DNA of 51,453 bases, taken from positions 1 through 51,453 of the forward strand of contig JBFMBF010000006.1 of NCBI GenBank assembly GCA_040755315.1, in the 5' to 3' direction. The notes under the pieces were generated by a model. It worked only from the letters and a program-made list of their open reading frames with translations, was not told where the DNA came from and did not search any database. This DNA comes from Candidatus Hadarchaeota archaeon. GTDB taxonomy: Archaea > Hadarchaeota > Hadarchaeia > Hadarchaeales > Hadarchaeaceae. Both the position numbers and the translations under genes were made by a program. Below are positions 37,152 through 46,010 of the stretch, piece after piece. Numbering within the stretch: position 1 is the stretch's first letter; each line of letters begins with the position of its first letter.

Positions 37152-38426
37152 CTAGCCCCTTGCCGTGAAGACCGAAACGTGAGAAACTTCGCCCACATGG
37201 TACTCCTCCTGGACGGCGGCCTGCACCTGCGTGGGGTGGACATTCAACTTAACTTCCTTGGTTCTTCCTCCCCTTCCACGATTCACTATCCTGGCTGTTA
37301 TTATCCCGAGAACATCCAACTCGGACATGAGGTCGCTCACCCTGCGCGATGTGAGCACATCCAACCCATTGCGCCTACAGAGCTCCTGGTACACATCGTA
37401 CACTTCCCCACTCACGACTGGCCTAGGGGTTCTTTCCGCCAGGGAAACGACGCTTGAAAGAACCAGTTTGGACTGCGCTGGCAAAGTCTTTATGACCTCA
37501 ACCATCTTGTCCTGCTCAATCCTCTCGTGCGCCTTGGCGACATGCGAGACGCCAACCCTCTCAGAACCCTCCGCCTCCGCCACCTCGCCGGCGACCCTCA
37601 AAAGATCGAGCGCCCTCCTAGCATCGCCGTGTTCTCTCGCCGCGTGGGCCGCGCAAAGCTGAATCACTCCGCTTTCAAGCACTCCATCAATGAAACTCAT
37701 CTCGGCTCTCTGCCGCAGAATTTCCTGGAGCTGGGTTCCATTGTATGGTGGAAAAACTATCTCATCCTCGCCCATGCTGCTCCTAACGCGCGGATCCAGA
37801 TACTCCAAGAAGTTTGTGTCGTTTGAAATCCCGATGATGGACAACTTGGAGTCCCTCATGCTAGAATTCAGCCTAGTCAGGTGATAAAGAACCTCGTCGC
37901 CGCTCCTCTGCACCAGCTTGTCCACCTCATCAAAAACAACGACTGCCAGCCTTGGCTCGCAATCCAACGCTTTTATGAGGGTAGCGTGGACCTCGTCCGT
38001 CGGCCAACCTGTCTTGGGCACCTTTAAAGGCAGCCCCATGGATTTTGCAAAGTCCTCCCCCTTGCTTTTTCTTAGGCTTTCCAGAAAGTTGTCGGCGAGC
38101 GTGGCAAGTATCCTGTACTGTGTGTTCACAACCTCGCAGTTGACATGCACAACGATTATTTTCATCGGGGCCTTGTCGCCGACCCGCTCAAGCTCCTTCG
38201 TCACATAATTCACGGTCGCAGTCTTCCCGGTACCGGGCTTGCCGTAGAGAAGGATGTTTGAAGGTGTCTCGCCCCTCAATGGCGCCACGAGAATCCTGGC
38301 CAGCTGGTGGATCTGCTCGTCCCTGTGGGGGAGCTTCTCCGGAGTGTAGCTATGGCGCAGGTACTCCCGTCTCTTGAATATCGGCCTCGCTCCCAACAGC
38401 ATGTCGAATAGGCCCTCCGAACTCAC
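37152..38426 (-). CDS. cdc6: ORC1/Cdc6 replication initiator
   Basis: YTPEKLPHR, YGKPGTGKT, FDEVDKL, HGDARRALDLLR, winged helix. Confidence 0.97.
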   Translation of the reverse strand: MSSEGLFDMLLGARPIFKRREYLRHSYTPEKLPHRDEQIHQLARILVAPLRGETPSNILLYGKPGTGKTATVNYVTKELERVGDKAPMKIIVVHVNCEVVNTQYRILATLADNFLESLRKSKGEDFAKSMGLPLKVPKTGWPTDEVHATLIKALDCEPRLAVVVFDEVDKLVQRSGDEVLYHLTRLNSSMRDSKLSIIGISNDTNFLEYLDPRVRSSMGEDEIVFPPYNGTQLQEILRQRAEMSFIDGVLESGVIQLCAAHAAREHGDARRALDLLRVAGEVAEAEGSERVGVSHVAKAHERIEQDKMVEVIKTLPAQSKLVLSSVVSLAERTPRPVVSGEVYDVYQELCRRNGLDVLTSRRVSDLMSELDVLGIITARIVNRGRGGRTKEVKLNVHPTQVQAAVQEEYHVGEVSHVSVFTARG

Positions 38427-38910
38427 CCTTTACCACCTCCTCTCCTATGATTCTGCTCAGCCTCCTGCTCCAGCCATTTATAACCGAGGCCAAGCGATTG
38501 ACGATGAAATGCTCCTCCGGGGGCAGACCCTTCAGACCTTCCGGGGAAAGAGCCAGCCTGAGAAGCTTTGGAAGCCTGATGTCCAGCAGCGCCTGGGCCC
38601 GCGCCCCGATATCTTGGGCCCGCTCCAAGTCCCCACCAAAGCGTGCCGCCGCAACGCTGCTTCTAAGAGACATGTAAAAGTCCTCTGGCAGAGACTCCAA
38701 GTTTGACGAACGTTCCTCTGAGATGGTCAGCCTGCGGATGTCGCCTGCTGCCAACCCCTCCAAGCCCTCCGCAAAGCCAAAGCGCTCCAGCACTTTTGCC
38801 TCCCAAGGCCAGACTTCTGCCTCGGCACCGGTTGTAAAAGGACCGAGCCTTCTCCCGCCCAAATCAACCTGCGGAAAATCTTTCAAGAATTTTATTTTCT
38901 GTCTCATCAT
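38350..38910 (-). CDS. GINS subunit (Gins23-like)
   Basis: N-terminal B domain (GPF..G....V..W.A..L...G) then A domain (E......LPEDFY); located between mcm and cdc6. Confidence 0.8.
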   Translation of the reverse strand: MMRQKIKFLKDFPQVDLGGRRLGPFTTGAEAEVWPWEAKVLERFGFAEGLEGLAAGDIRRLTISEERSSNLESLPEDFYMSLRSSVAAARFGGDLERAQDIGARAQALLDIRLPKLLRLALSPEGLKGLPPEEHFIVNRLASVINGWSRRLSRIIGEEVVKGEFGGPIRHAVGSEADIQETGVPAP

Positions 38911-40916
38911 TTCACAACCAGAGCAACCGTCTCACTCGTTGGCGAGTACAATGTGCCCCTGTTTATTTCCTTCTGTATCAGCGTTTCAACAAAGTGTTCT
39001 GTCAGCCCGGCCTCGACCGCCCTGGACTTGACTTTGTCAATAGGAACCGGCCCTCCATATTCTCCCTCCATCTGCCTGATCAAATCCAGAACTTGTAGGA
39101 CCCTCTCCCTCTGAGAAGCCGTCATCCCAGTGTAGATGAGGTTCACGTCCACGGCCTTTTTCTCCGGGTCAATCCCGGCCTGGTTCAAGCTGACTTTAAC
39201 TAGGTTTATGGCGTGCGTCACGTCCTCGATGTCAACTTTGTCCCGCAGCCTGAGCCTGGCGCTGGACTTTGCCAAGCGTATGATGGCCTCAAGCTGCCTC
39301 ACGGTGATGGGTAGCGGCAGATTCTGCTGCGCTGCCGCGGTTCTCCACTCGACAAAGAAGTCCTCGATTCTCTTCAGGACCTCCTTCTCCTCCATCTTTG
39401 GCTCTATATTTTTTCTGGCATAAATTACGATTTTCCTCAAAAACTCTGGCTCAAAAGGTGGCTTCGCCAGCTTCTGCTTGGAATGAAGCTGGATGACGTG
39501 CTGCGCCATCGAGCGGTCCTCGTCCGTGGTCGGCCTATCCTTCATTATGAAAATCAGGTCGAACCTTGAAAGGAGGACTGGGTTGAGGTTGGGATCCAGC
39601 TGCTCTGGGACTGTCCTGTTCTCATCAAATCGCCCGAAGCGGGGGTTGGACGCCGCAAGAACAGCCGTCCTAGTGTTCAGGGTGGCGACTATCCCCGCCT
39701 TTGCTATGCTTATGGTCTGCGACTCGAGAGATTCCAGAAGAGCTGCTGCGTCTTCCTCTTTCATCTTTTCGAACTCATCTATGCTCGCCAGCCCGCCATC
39801 AGCTATGACTAGGGCGCCCGCTTCAAGCGCCCACCCCCCACCGAGTTCATCGCGAACAGCGGCTGCCGTGAGCCCGGCACCCGTAGCCTTCATGCCTGAG
39901 GTGTATATGCCACGGGGCGCAATGTTTGAGACCCACCTCAGCAGCTGGCTTTTGGCCGTGCCTGGATCCCCAATTAAAAGTATGTGCGTGTCCCCCCGGA
40001 TCCTCGTCTGGTCCTGCAGGATAACGGGGTTGCATCCGAAGAGCTGAAGGGCCACAGCCTCCTTTATTTCGTCGTGGCCGCGCATTGCCGGCGAGATTGA
40101 CTTGACTATCTTGTTGGCTATCCACGGGTCTTTCATCAGCTCTTTTATTTTTTCCTCATCCTCTGCTGTGAGCTCTGCCTCTTCCACTCCCTTGTGCGGC
40201 AGGTCTATGTGATTCACGAAAAGGACTGTTGGAAAAACTGTCTTCCCCTCTTTTATGGCCTTTACCTGGAGTACCCTGAGCATGCCAGTGATTACCACAT
40301 GGTTGCCGGGCACGGCCATGTCAACGAAATCGTCCCTTATCACGCCATTCAGCGTCCTAGGCATCCTCCCGCCGCGAAGCTTTGACGGGTGTTCTTGCAT
40401 CTTGATGTTTTGCCAGTCGCGGAAAATCGTGTTCTCCACAACCAGATCAAAGCGCCCCTTGCTCCCACAATTGGGGTTTGGACAGAGGGGCGGCTCTATC
40501 AAGAACTCCCCAAACTGTTCTATTGGAATTTCTTCTTTGCACCGCCTGCACTTGAAGACCGCGACCTTAACCTCGGGCTTTACCTCGCCTGCGCTTTTCA
40601 ATACTCCCTCAACCTGAATGAATTTTCCCACATGGTTGGCCCGGATGTGCCTGATTTCCACCGTTTTGTCCAGCCCTTTTACTCTGAACCTCACGTCTGG
40701 GATTTTGGTTATCCCACTGAGGGTTGAATCAGCTTTATCCAAGAACTCCATGGGCGAGTCCAGAAGTACTTTGGCCAGCTTTTCATCGAATTCAACAAGG
40801 TCCTTGAACTCCACGACGAGGGATTTGTGGCCGCTGGCCATCACTTTCTTCAGCTCTTTCGAAATTTCTCGCCTGTGGAGGTAATCTTCCAGCCTCTCGA
40901 TCAGTTTTTGCTCCAC
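38907..40916 (-). CDS. mcm: MCM replicative helicase
   Basis: GDPGTAKSQLL, LEAGALVIADGG, IDEFEKM, SRFDL, ITVRQLE. Confidence 0.98.
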   Translation of the reverse strand: MEQKLIERLEDYLHRREISKELKKVMASGHKSLVVEFKDLVEFDEKLAKVLLDSPMEFLDKADSTLSGITKIPDVRFRVKGLDKTVEIRHIRANHVGKFIQVEGVLKSAGEVKPEVKVAVFKCRRCKEEIPIEQFGEFLIEPPLCPNPNCGSKGRFDLVVENTIFRDWQNIKMQEHPSKLRGGRMPRTLNGVIRDDFVDMAVPGNHVVITGMLRVLQVKAIKEGKTVFPTVLFVNHIDLPHKGVEEAELTAEDEEKIKELMKDPWIANKIVKSISPAMRGHDEIKEAVALQLFGCNPVILQDQTRIRGDTHILLIGDPGTAKSQLLRWVSNIAPRGIYTSGMKATGAGLTAAAVRDELGGGWALEAGALVIADGGLASIDEFEKMKEEDAAALLESLESQTISIAKAGIVATLNTRTAVLAASNPRFGRFDENRTVPEQLDPNLNPVLLSRFDLIFIMKDRPTTDEDRSMAQHVIQLHSKQKLAKPPFEPEFLRKIVIYARKNIEPKMEEKEVLKRIEDFFVEWRTAAAQQNLPLPITVRQLEAIIRLAKSSARLRLRDKVDIEDVTHAINLVKVSLNQAGIDPEKKAVDVNLIYTGMTASQRERVLQVLDLIRQMEGEYGGPVPIDKVKSRAVEAGLTEHFVETLIQKEINRGTLYSPTSETVALVVK

Positions 40917-41153
40917 TCGAAATCAACCTTCGGTATTGCTGTGAAGGATGGAGCAACTGCGTATTTAGATACTCTCATTAAAATTTTAAACTCAAAGATT
41001 AACGGCGGATTAAAATTTGTATCTGACTGGCCACAATTTAGAGTAAATTTTCCATCCCCGCAGCGGGGAATAACTTTTGGAGCTTCAGCCCTGGAAATCT
41101 TCATAATCTTCCTTTGATTACTAAAAGAACATTGGATAATTCTATTTTTTGGG

Positions 41154-41171
41154 GAGGTGCGCGAAAGTATT
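41154..41171. promoter_or_regulatory. Conserved motif GAGGT-N3-CGAAAGTATT, copy 2
   Basis: Identical core; intergenic, upstream of the mcm operon. Confidence 0.6.
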
Positions 41172-41229
41172 CCCCTTTTACATCCAAGGATTCTGGAGTG
41201 GATACAGTGGAAACCAATAGAACCCGTGG

Positions 41230-42531
41230 TTATGGTATTTTTATGTACTCGTATGCCTCGGTAATTGAGTCAAAACAGTAGTGTACACGCTGAAATTCAC
41301 TACGGAACTTCGCCACCTCGCCGGCTATCTTCTCCTCCGGCTCCTTACCCACGACAACCCTCTTTATAAACTCGGCTATTTGGTGCATCTGAGGTTCCTT
41401 CATGCCAAGCCGGGTGACTTCGGAGGTGCCGAGCCTGATCCCTCCTGGATTTTTGTAGTGGCGGCCTTCCTTTGGGTCCCAAGGGAGGAGGTTCCTGTTG
41501 AGGATGATGTTTGACCTTTCCAGTTTTTTCTCCAATGAGCCACCGTCGCCATGTTTTATGACATTGACTACTGTGGTGTGGGACTGCGTGAACCCCAGCT
41601 CCGGGCACAAAACATCGAAACCGAGGTCGTGGAGGGCTTTTGCCAGTGCCTTTGAGTTCTTCACTATCTGCGCCGCGTATTCTCGGCCAAATTCCATCAT
41701 CTCGGCCAACGCCACCGCCAAACCAGCAACTGAATGTAGGTGGTGGTTGCTCACAACCCCTGGGAAAACTGCCTGGTTAATCTTCTCCGCCAACTCCTTT
41801 TTGCACAAAATCATGCCGTGCTGCGGTCCGGGAAGGGTCTTGTGGGTGCTGCAAGTCATCACGTCTGCGCCCTCCCTGAGGGGATCCTGAAACTGGCCGC
41901 CGGCTATCAAGCCACACACGTGTGCGGCGTCGTACATCACGTGGGCGCCGTTCTCCTTCGCCACCTTGCTCAGCTCTTTTACCGGGTGCGGGAATAGAAA
42001 GACGCTTCCGCCAAGGGTCAAGAGCTTTGGCTTGACTTCCTCAATCTTCTTTGCAGCCGCTTCCACGTTCAAGTTCATCTTTTTTTCATCAAATGGGATG
42101 TATTCCACCTCAAGCCCGTGAACTGCGCCAGCTGTGCCACCGAACTTCTTTTTACCCATGCTGATGTGGCCGCCGGAAGCAATCGCAAGACACATCATGG
42201 TGTCGCCCGGCTCCGTCAACGCCGTATAGGTTGCAAGATTAGCAGTGACGCCAGAAATGGGCTGAACGTTGGCGTGCTCGGCCCTGAAGAGCTCACGAGC
42301 CAAATCCATCGCGAGGATTTCCACTTGGTCTATGTAAACGCAGCCGGCGTAGACCCGCTCGCCCGGCCAGCCCTCCGCATACCTGTGCTGGAAGTCCGAC
42401 AGCAGAGCTTCCCTGACGGCTGGGCTAGTAACATTCTCGCTAGCTATAAGAGGGATGCTATTCCTGAACCATTCATTGTGCCTCCGCAACAGCCCAATCG
42501 TTCTTTCATACGCCGCCCTGGCCTGCATCAT
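41230..42531 (-). CDS. glyA: Serine hydroxymethyltransferase
   Basis: LIASEN, RYAEG, YDAAH, STHKTLPGPQ, GIRLGT. Confidence 0.97.
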   Translation of the reverse strand: MMQARAAYERTIGLLRRHNEWFRNSIPLIASENVTSPAVREALLSDFQHRYAEGWPGERVYAGCVYIDQVEILAMDLARELFRAEHANVQPISGVTANLATYTALTEPGDTMMCLAIASGGHISMGKKKFGGTAGAVHGLEVEYIPFDEKKMNLNVEAAAKKIEEVKPKLLTLGGSVFLFPHPVKELSKVAKENGAHVMYDAAHVCGLIAGGQFQDPLREGADVMTCSTHKTLPGPQHGMILCKKELAEKINQAVFPGVVSNHHLHSVAGLAVALAEMMEFGREYAAQIVKNSKALAKALHDLGFDVLCPELGFTQSHTTVVNVIKHGDGGSLEKKLERSNIILNRNLLPWDPKEGRHYKNPGGIRLGTSEVTRLGMKEPQMHQIAEFIKRVVVGKEPEEKIAGEVAKFRSEFQRVHYCFDSITEAYEYIKIP

Positions 42532-43739
42532 CTCAACCTCTTAAGATCACTTGGCCCCGCTGCCGTGAGCGGGCGCTCCGATACTAATGTAGCCTCTTCC
42601 GGGTCTTTAAGAATGTGGCCGGTCGCGACGCACACAACTTCCTCATCTTTTTCCACCTCACCAAGTTTGACCAGCTTCTTCAGCCCGGCTATCGACGCTG
42701 CACTCGCGGGCTCCGCCCCTATCCCTGCAAGTCTCGCCAGAAGTTTCTGGGCTTCGATTATCTCCTTGTCGCCGACTGCCTCCGCCGTGCCGCCGGAATT
42801 CCTTATTGCCCTGATTGCCTTGGGGCCGTTGATCGGGTTCCCAATGCGGATTGCGGTTGCTATCGTCTCCGGCCTTTTGACTGGCTCAAACTTCTCCTGT
42901 TCACGCTTTATCGCGTTCACTATCGGCATCGCTCCCTTCGCCTGAATCCCCGTCATCTTTGGCACCCCCTTCGTTAGCCCGACCATGTCAAACTCGAAGA
43001 ACCCCTTGTAAATTGCCCAGATGTTCGCGCAGTTCCCCATAGGCACGACTACTCTGTCAGGTGCCCTCCACCCCAGCTGGTCGGCTATCTCAAACCCGAT
43101 TGACTTCTGGCCCTGCGGCCTGAAAGGGTTCAATGAGTTCAGGAGATAAATGCTGTTTTTCGTCTCGCAGAGCCTCATCACTGCCTCGAGGGCCTGGTCA
43201 AAATTTCCCCTCACAGCAAGAACCTGCGCGCCGTAGACCAGGGACTGCGCGAGCTTTCCCAGCGCCACTTTCCCCTTTGGCAGGAGGACGAGGCACCTCA
43301 GGCCGGCCTTTGCAGCATACGCAGCTAGAGAAGCAGAGGTATTGCCAGTGGAGGCGCAGGCGACCGTCTTCACTCTGAACTCAAGGGCTTTGGTCACGCC
43401 GACGGTCATGCCCCTGTCCTTGAATGAACCCGTTGGATTTGTTCCCTCAAACTTCACGTAAAGGTCTCTCAAGCCTATTTCCTTCGCGAGGCGGTCACAC
43501 CTGAGCAGCGGGGTGCCGCCCTCGCCCAAGCTGACAACCTTGGACATGTCGAGCACGGGTATGAAGGCGCGATACTTCCAGACGTTTGGAGTGGCTGTCT
43601 TCAACTTTTCTCTGTCAATTTTGCGTTTTATTTCTCCCGGCTCGAACTCCACCTCCAGAAGTCCACCGCACTCCGGGCAGGTGAGGAAGGTCTCCCTGAT
43701 GTTGAACTTGCCTCCGCATTCTATGCATTCTAGACGCAC
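42528..43739 (-). CDS. thrC: Threonine synthase
   Basis: N-terminal Zn ribbon, EGTNPTGSFKDRG, ASTGNTSAS, TGHILKDP; start estimated. Confidence 0.95.
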   Translation of the reverse strand: MRLECIECGGKFNIRETFLTCPECGGLLEVEFEPGEIKRKIDREKLKTATPNVWKYRAFIPVLDMSKVVSLGEGGTPLLRCDRLAKEIGLRDLYVKFEGTNPTGSFKDRGMTVGVTKALEFRVKTVACASTGNTSASLAAYAAKAGLRCLVLLPKGKVALGKLAQSLVYGAQVLAVRGNFDQALEAVMRLCETKNSIYLLNSLNPFRPQGQKSIGFEIADQLGWRAPDRVVVPMGNCANIWAIYKGFFEFDMVGLTKGVPKMTGIQAKGAMPIVNAIKREQEKFEPVKRPETIATAIRIGNPINGPKAIRAIRNSGGTAEAVGDKEIIEAQKLLARLAGIGAEPASAASIAGLKKLVKLGEVEKDEEVVCVATGHILKDPEEATLVSERPLTAAGPSDLKRLR

Positions 43740-43788
43740 GAGATTCCCAATTAATTCTGGAATGCTGGTAAATACTTTCAGTTGACGG

Positions 43789-44802
43789 CTAGATTCCAAG
43801 TGTCTGATGGATGTCTATCAGGTCGGCTAACAATGAGCTGGATGTCTCTTTTGGCCCGGCGCCGAAACCTGATATTGAAATCTCTCTGGCAAGGTCCAGC
43901 TTGAAAGTCACCGAGTTCAACGTCCCGCCTACTGACAATGGGTGGTCTCGAGACACGAGCCTTGGCGCCACCTCAAGCATGTGGGGCCTGGCCACACCGA
44001 CCAACTTTATCGTCTGCCCAGCCTCTTTCGCCAACTTCATCGCGCTCGGACCAATCCTAGTTATGCCAACTCTTCGGACATCTTTCAGCTTGGCGCTCCT
44101 GCCGAGCAGGGAGTTTGCAAGTATGACGATTTTACTGGCGGTGTCGATGCCCTCCACATCCAGAGTCGGGTCTTTCTCCGCAACTCCCAACTCCTGAGCC
44201 TCTTTAAGAACCATGTCAAACGGCGCACCTTCCTCCCCCATCCTTGTTAAGATGTAGTTTGTCGTCCCGTTCAAAACTCCCTGTATCTCCAACACCTCGT
44301 TTCCTGCCAGCAACTTTCTAGCAAGCTCTATCACGGGAATTGCGCCTCCAACTGACGAAGAATACCTGAACTCTATGCCATGCTTCTTCGCCAAAGACGC
44401 CAGCTCCTGAAACGCCACCACCAGAGGTCCCTTGTTGGAGGTTATGACGTGCCTCCCCGCCTTCATGGCCGCTTTTATGTGGCTCAGTCCAGGCTCGCCT
44501 GTGATTATGTTCGTGGGCGTGAGTTCAAAGACTACGTCCGCCTCAACATCTTCTATTGTGCCGAAGGCGAGCTTCCCCTTCTTTGCGCCTGGAAGACTTG
44601 TGACATTCCCCCCACGCTCCACAATCGCGAGAAGCTTTTGTAAACTCAATCCCTTTTCGTTAACAACCGCGCCGAACTCATCCACAACTGCTACAATTTT
44701 TGGGGACAGCCCATATTTCTTTCTCAGAAATGGCTCCTTTTCAGCCAACGTACGACTCAAACCTTTGCCAAGGTTCCCAAACCCTATTAGAACCAGCCTC
44801 AT
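43789..44802 (-). CDS. hom: Homoserine dehydrogenase
   Basis: GFGNLG, TSNKGP, VGGAIP, NGTTNYIL, DVEGIDTASK, GAGPKET. Confidence 0.96.
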   Translation of the reverse strand: MRLVLIGFGNLGKGLSRTLAEKEPFLRKKYGLSPKIVAVVDEFGAVVNEKGLSLQKLLAIVERGGNVTSLPGAKKGKLAFGTIEDVEADVVFELTPTNIITGEPGLSHIKAAMKAGRHVITSNKGPLVVAFQELASLAKKHGIEFRYSSSVGGAIPVIELARKLLAGNEVLEIQGVLNGTTNYILTRMGEEGAPFDMVLKEAQELGVAEKDPTLDVEGIDTASKIVILANSLLGRSAKLKDVRRVGITRIGPSAMKLAKEAGQTIKLVGVARPHMLEVAPRLVSRDHPLSVGGTLNSVTFKLDLAREISISGFGAGPKETSSSLLADLIDIHQTLGI

Positions 44803-45305
44803 TGAAGGGCCTCCAGAGATGTGAGAAGGAGGAGCTTTTTCTCATTGGCTATTTTTTGAAGCATTGAAACCGCCGCCCGCGAATTCTTCTCCTCGTTCGC
44901 CGTTATCGTCATCCGCGCGACCGACTCTTGCCCCCGCCCGCCAACGACCAAGCTCAGGTCGGAAACCCTGACACCTTTTACTGCATTCAGCCGATTTATT
45001 GTGTCTCTCGCGTCCGTGTTGATTATGTGCCCGACCAACATCACCACAGTCTGCACATTGCCCGCGCCCTCCCCCAGCTGTGTAATCGTAACTCCCATGG
45101 CGCGGATGGCAGCCAGCATCTTGTTCAGCCTGGCTCTGTCGCCCACCTCGAACACCAAGGTAACTGGTATCCTCCCCAAAGGCGTCTTCCGCTCGCGCTG
45201 GTGCATTATGCTATGGATGTTCCCGCCCAGCCTAGAAATCGGCTCAAGGGCCCTCAAAAGCTGCCCAGGGACATCCTGCAACTCCATCACTATCTTTACC
45301 AGCAA
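44799..45305 (-). CDS. ACT-domain protein (regulator of homoserine dehydrogenase)
   Basis: ELQDVPGQL..ALEPIS..GGNI.SI.H; translationally coupled to hom. Confidence 0.9.
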   Translation of the reverse strand: MLVKIVMELQDVPGQLLRALEPISRLGGNIHSIMHQRERKTPLGRIPVTLVFEVGDRARLNKMLAAIRAMGVTITQLGEGAGNVQTVVMLVGHIINTDARDTINRLNAVKGVRVSDLSLVVGGRGQESVARMTITANEEKNSRAAVSMLQKIANEKKLLLLTSLEALQ

Positions 45306-45380
45306 TGTATCACCGTCTTCTAATCGTTCCCCGGAGACTAAAAAACAGTTTCGCCGACGGTTATGTGAAAATTGTTGAAC

Positions 45381-45506
45381 TTAATAATCTGGCTCTTTCT
45401 TCGAAAGCAAACATTCTCCGTCTGAGTAAAAGTCGCATTCTTCACAGCATCCGTTTGTATCCTTGCAGTCCTCAAACATATAGCATTTGTCACAGCATCT
45501 AGGCAT
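45381..45506 (-). CDS. Small cysteine-rich protein (41 aa, 8 Cys; not in ORF track)
   Basis: MPRCCDKCYMFEDCKDTNGCCEECDFYSDGECLLSKKEPDY*; GGTGA SD and a BRE-TATA (CGAAAAGCTTATAA) upstream. Confidence 0.75.
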   Translation of the reverse strand: MPRCCDKCYMFEDCKDTNGCCEECDFYSDGECLLSKKEPDY

Positions 45507-45656
45507 TATTCATCACCGAGACCTGCAAGGCAACTTCGCTTTTAAAATTTTTTATTTTTTTATAAGCTTTTCGGGCACGCATTTTTCTGAACAAAAATAC
45601 TCCAGATACGGCGGGAAATATGAATTAAGGGAAAAAACTTGGAAATCCTTCAAAAA

Positions 45657-45670
45657 GAAAGCTTTTTATG
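45657..45670 (+). promoter_or_regulatory. Putative BRE-TATA for the structured RNA
   Basis: GAAAGCTTTTTATG located ~23 nt before the start of the terminal helix at 45692. Confidence 0.5.
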
Positions 45671-45691
45671 GGGTGAAAATTAATAGTCAAT

Positions 45692-45973
45692 TGCGTCGAG
45701 GGGTCCTACCGGAAGGGTCTCCTAGAGTTGACCTTGGTGGATCTCACTGACAGGGGAACTCGAGGGCTGGCCAGCTCTCGTGTGTCTCCATGCAGCCGGC
45801 GGTCAAGGTTGGCTTGAAAGCCTTCGACTGATCTTGGCGCGGAAAGTCCGCAAGGATAATCCGCACAATCCGTGATGGATTGGAGCGGCGCGGTCTGGCG
45901 GGCTGCCCAAAAGGTGGTTCAGACGGGCTTCGTCGACCTTGGTCATAGAAGTCCGGGGCCTCACCTCGGCGCA
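45692..45973 (+). ncRNA. Unclassified structured ncRNA closed by a perfect BHB motif; predicted 255-nt circle 45708-45962
   Basis: Outer helix TGCGTCGAGG/CCTCGGCGCA, central GGTC/GGCC, bulges CTA and TCA, inner CCGGA/TCCGG; several internal hairpins with G-U pairs; GC-rich island in AT-rich flanks. Confidence 0.8.
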
Positions 45974-46010
45974 CCCTTATAAATTTTAAAGTCAATATCT
46001 TTTGGTCGTT

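Noticed and set aside
31278..40916. Inteins in DP2, Cdc6 or MCM
   Set aside because: Protein lengths are standard and catalytic motifs are contiguous
40901..41104. 67-aa ORF upstream of mcm
   Set aside because: No protein-like features; overlaps a probable promoter or origin region
45692..45973. RNase P RNA or SRP RNA identity
   Set aside because: GGAAAGTCC and AAGTCCGGG resemble RNase P CR-I, but there is no complementary CR-V strand in proper order; the SRP helix-8 motif CAGG..GGAA..AGCA is absent on both strands
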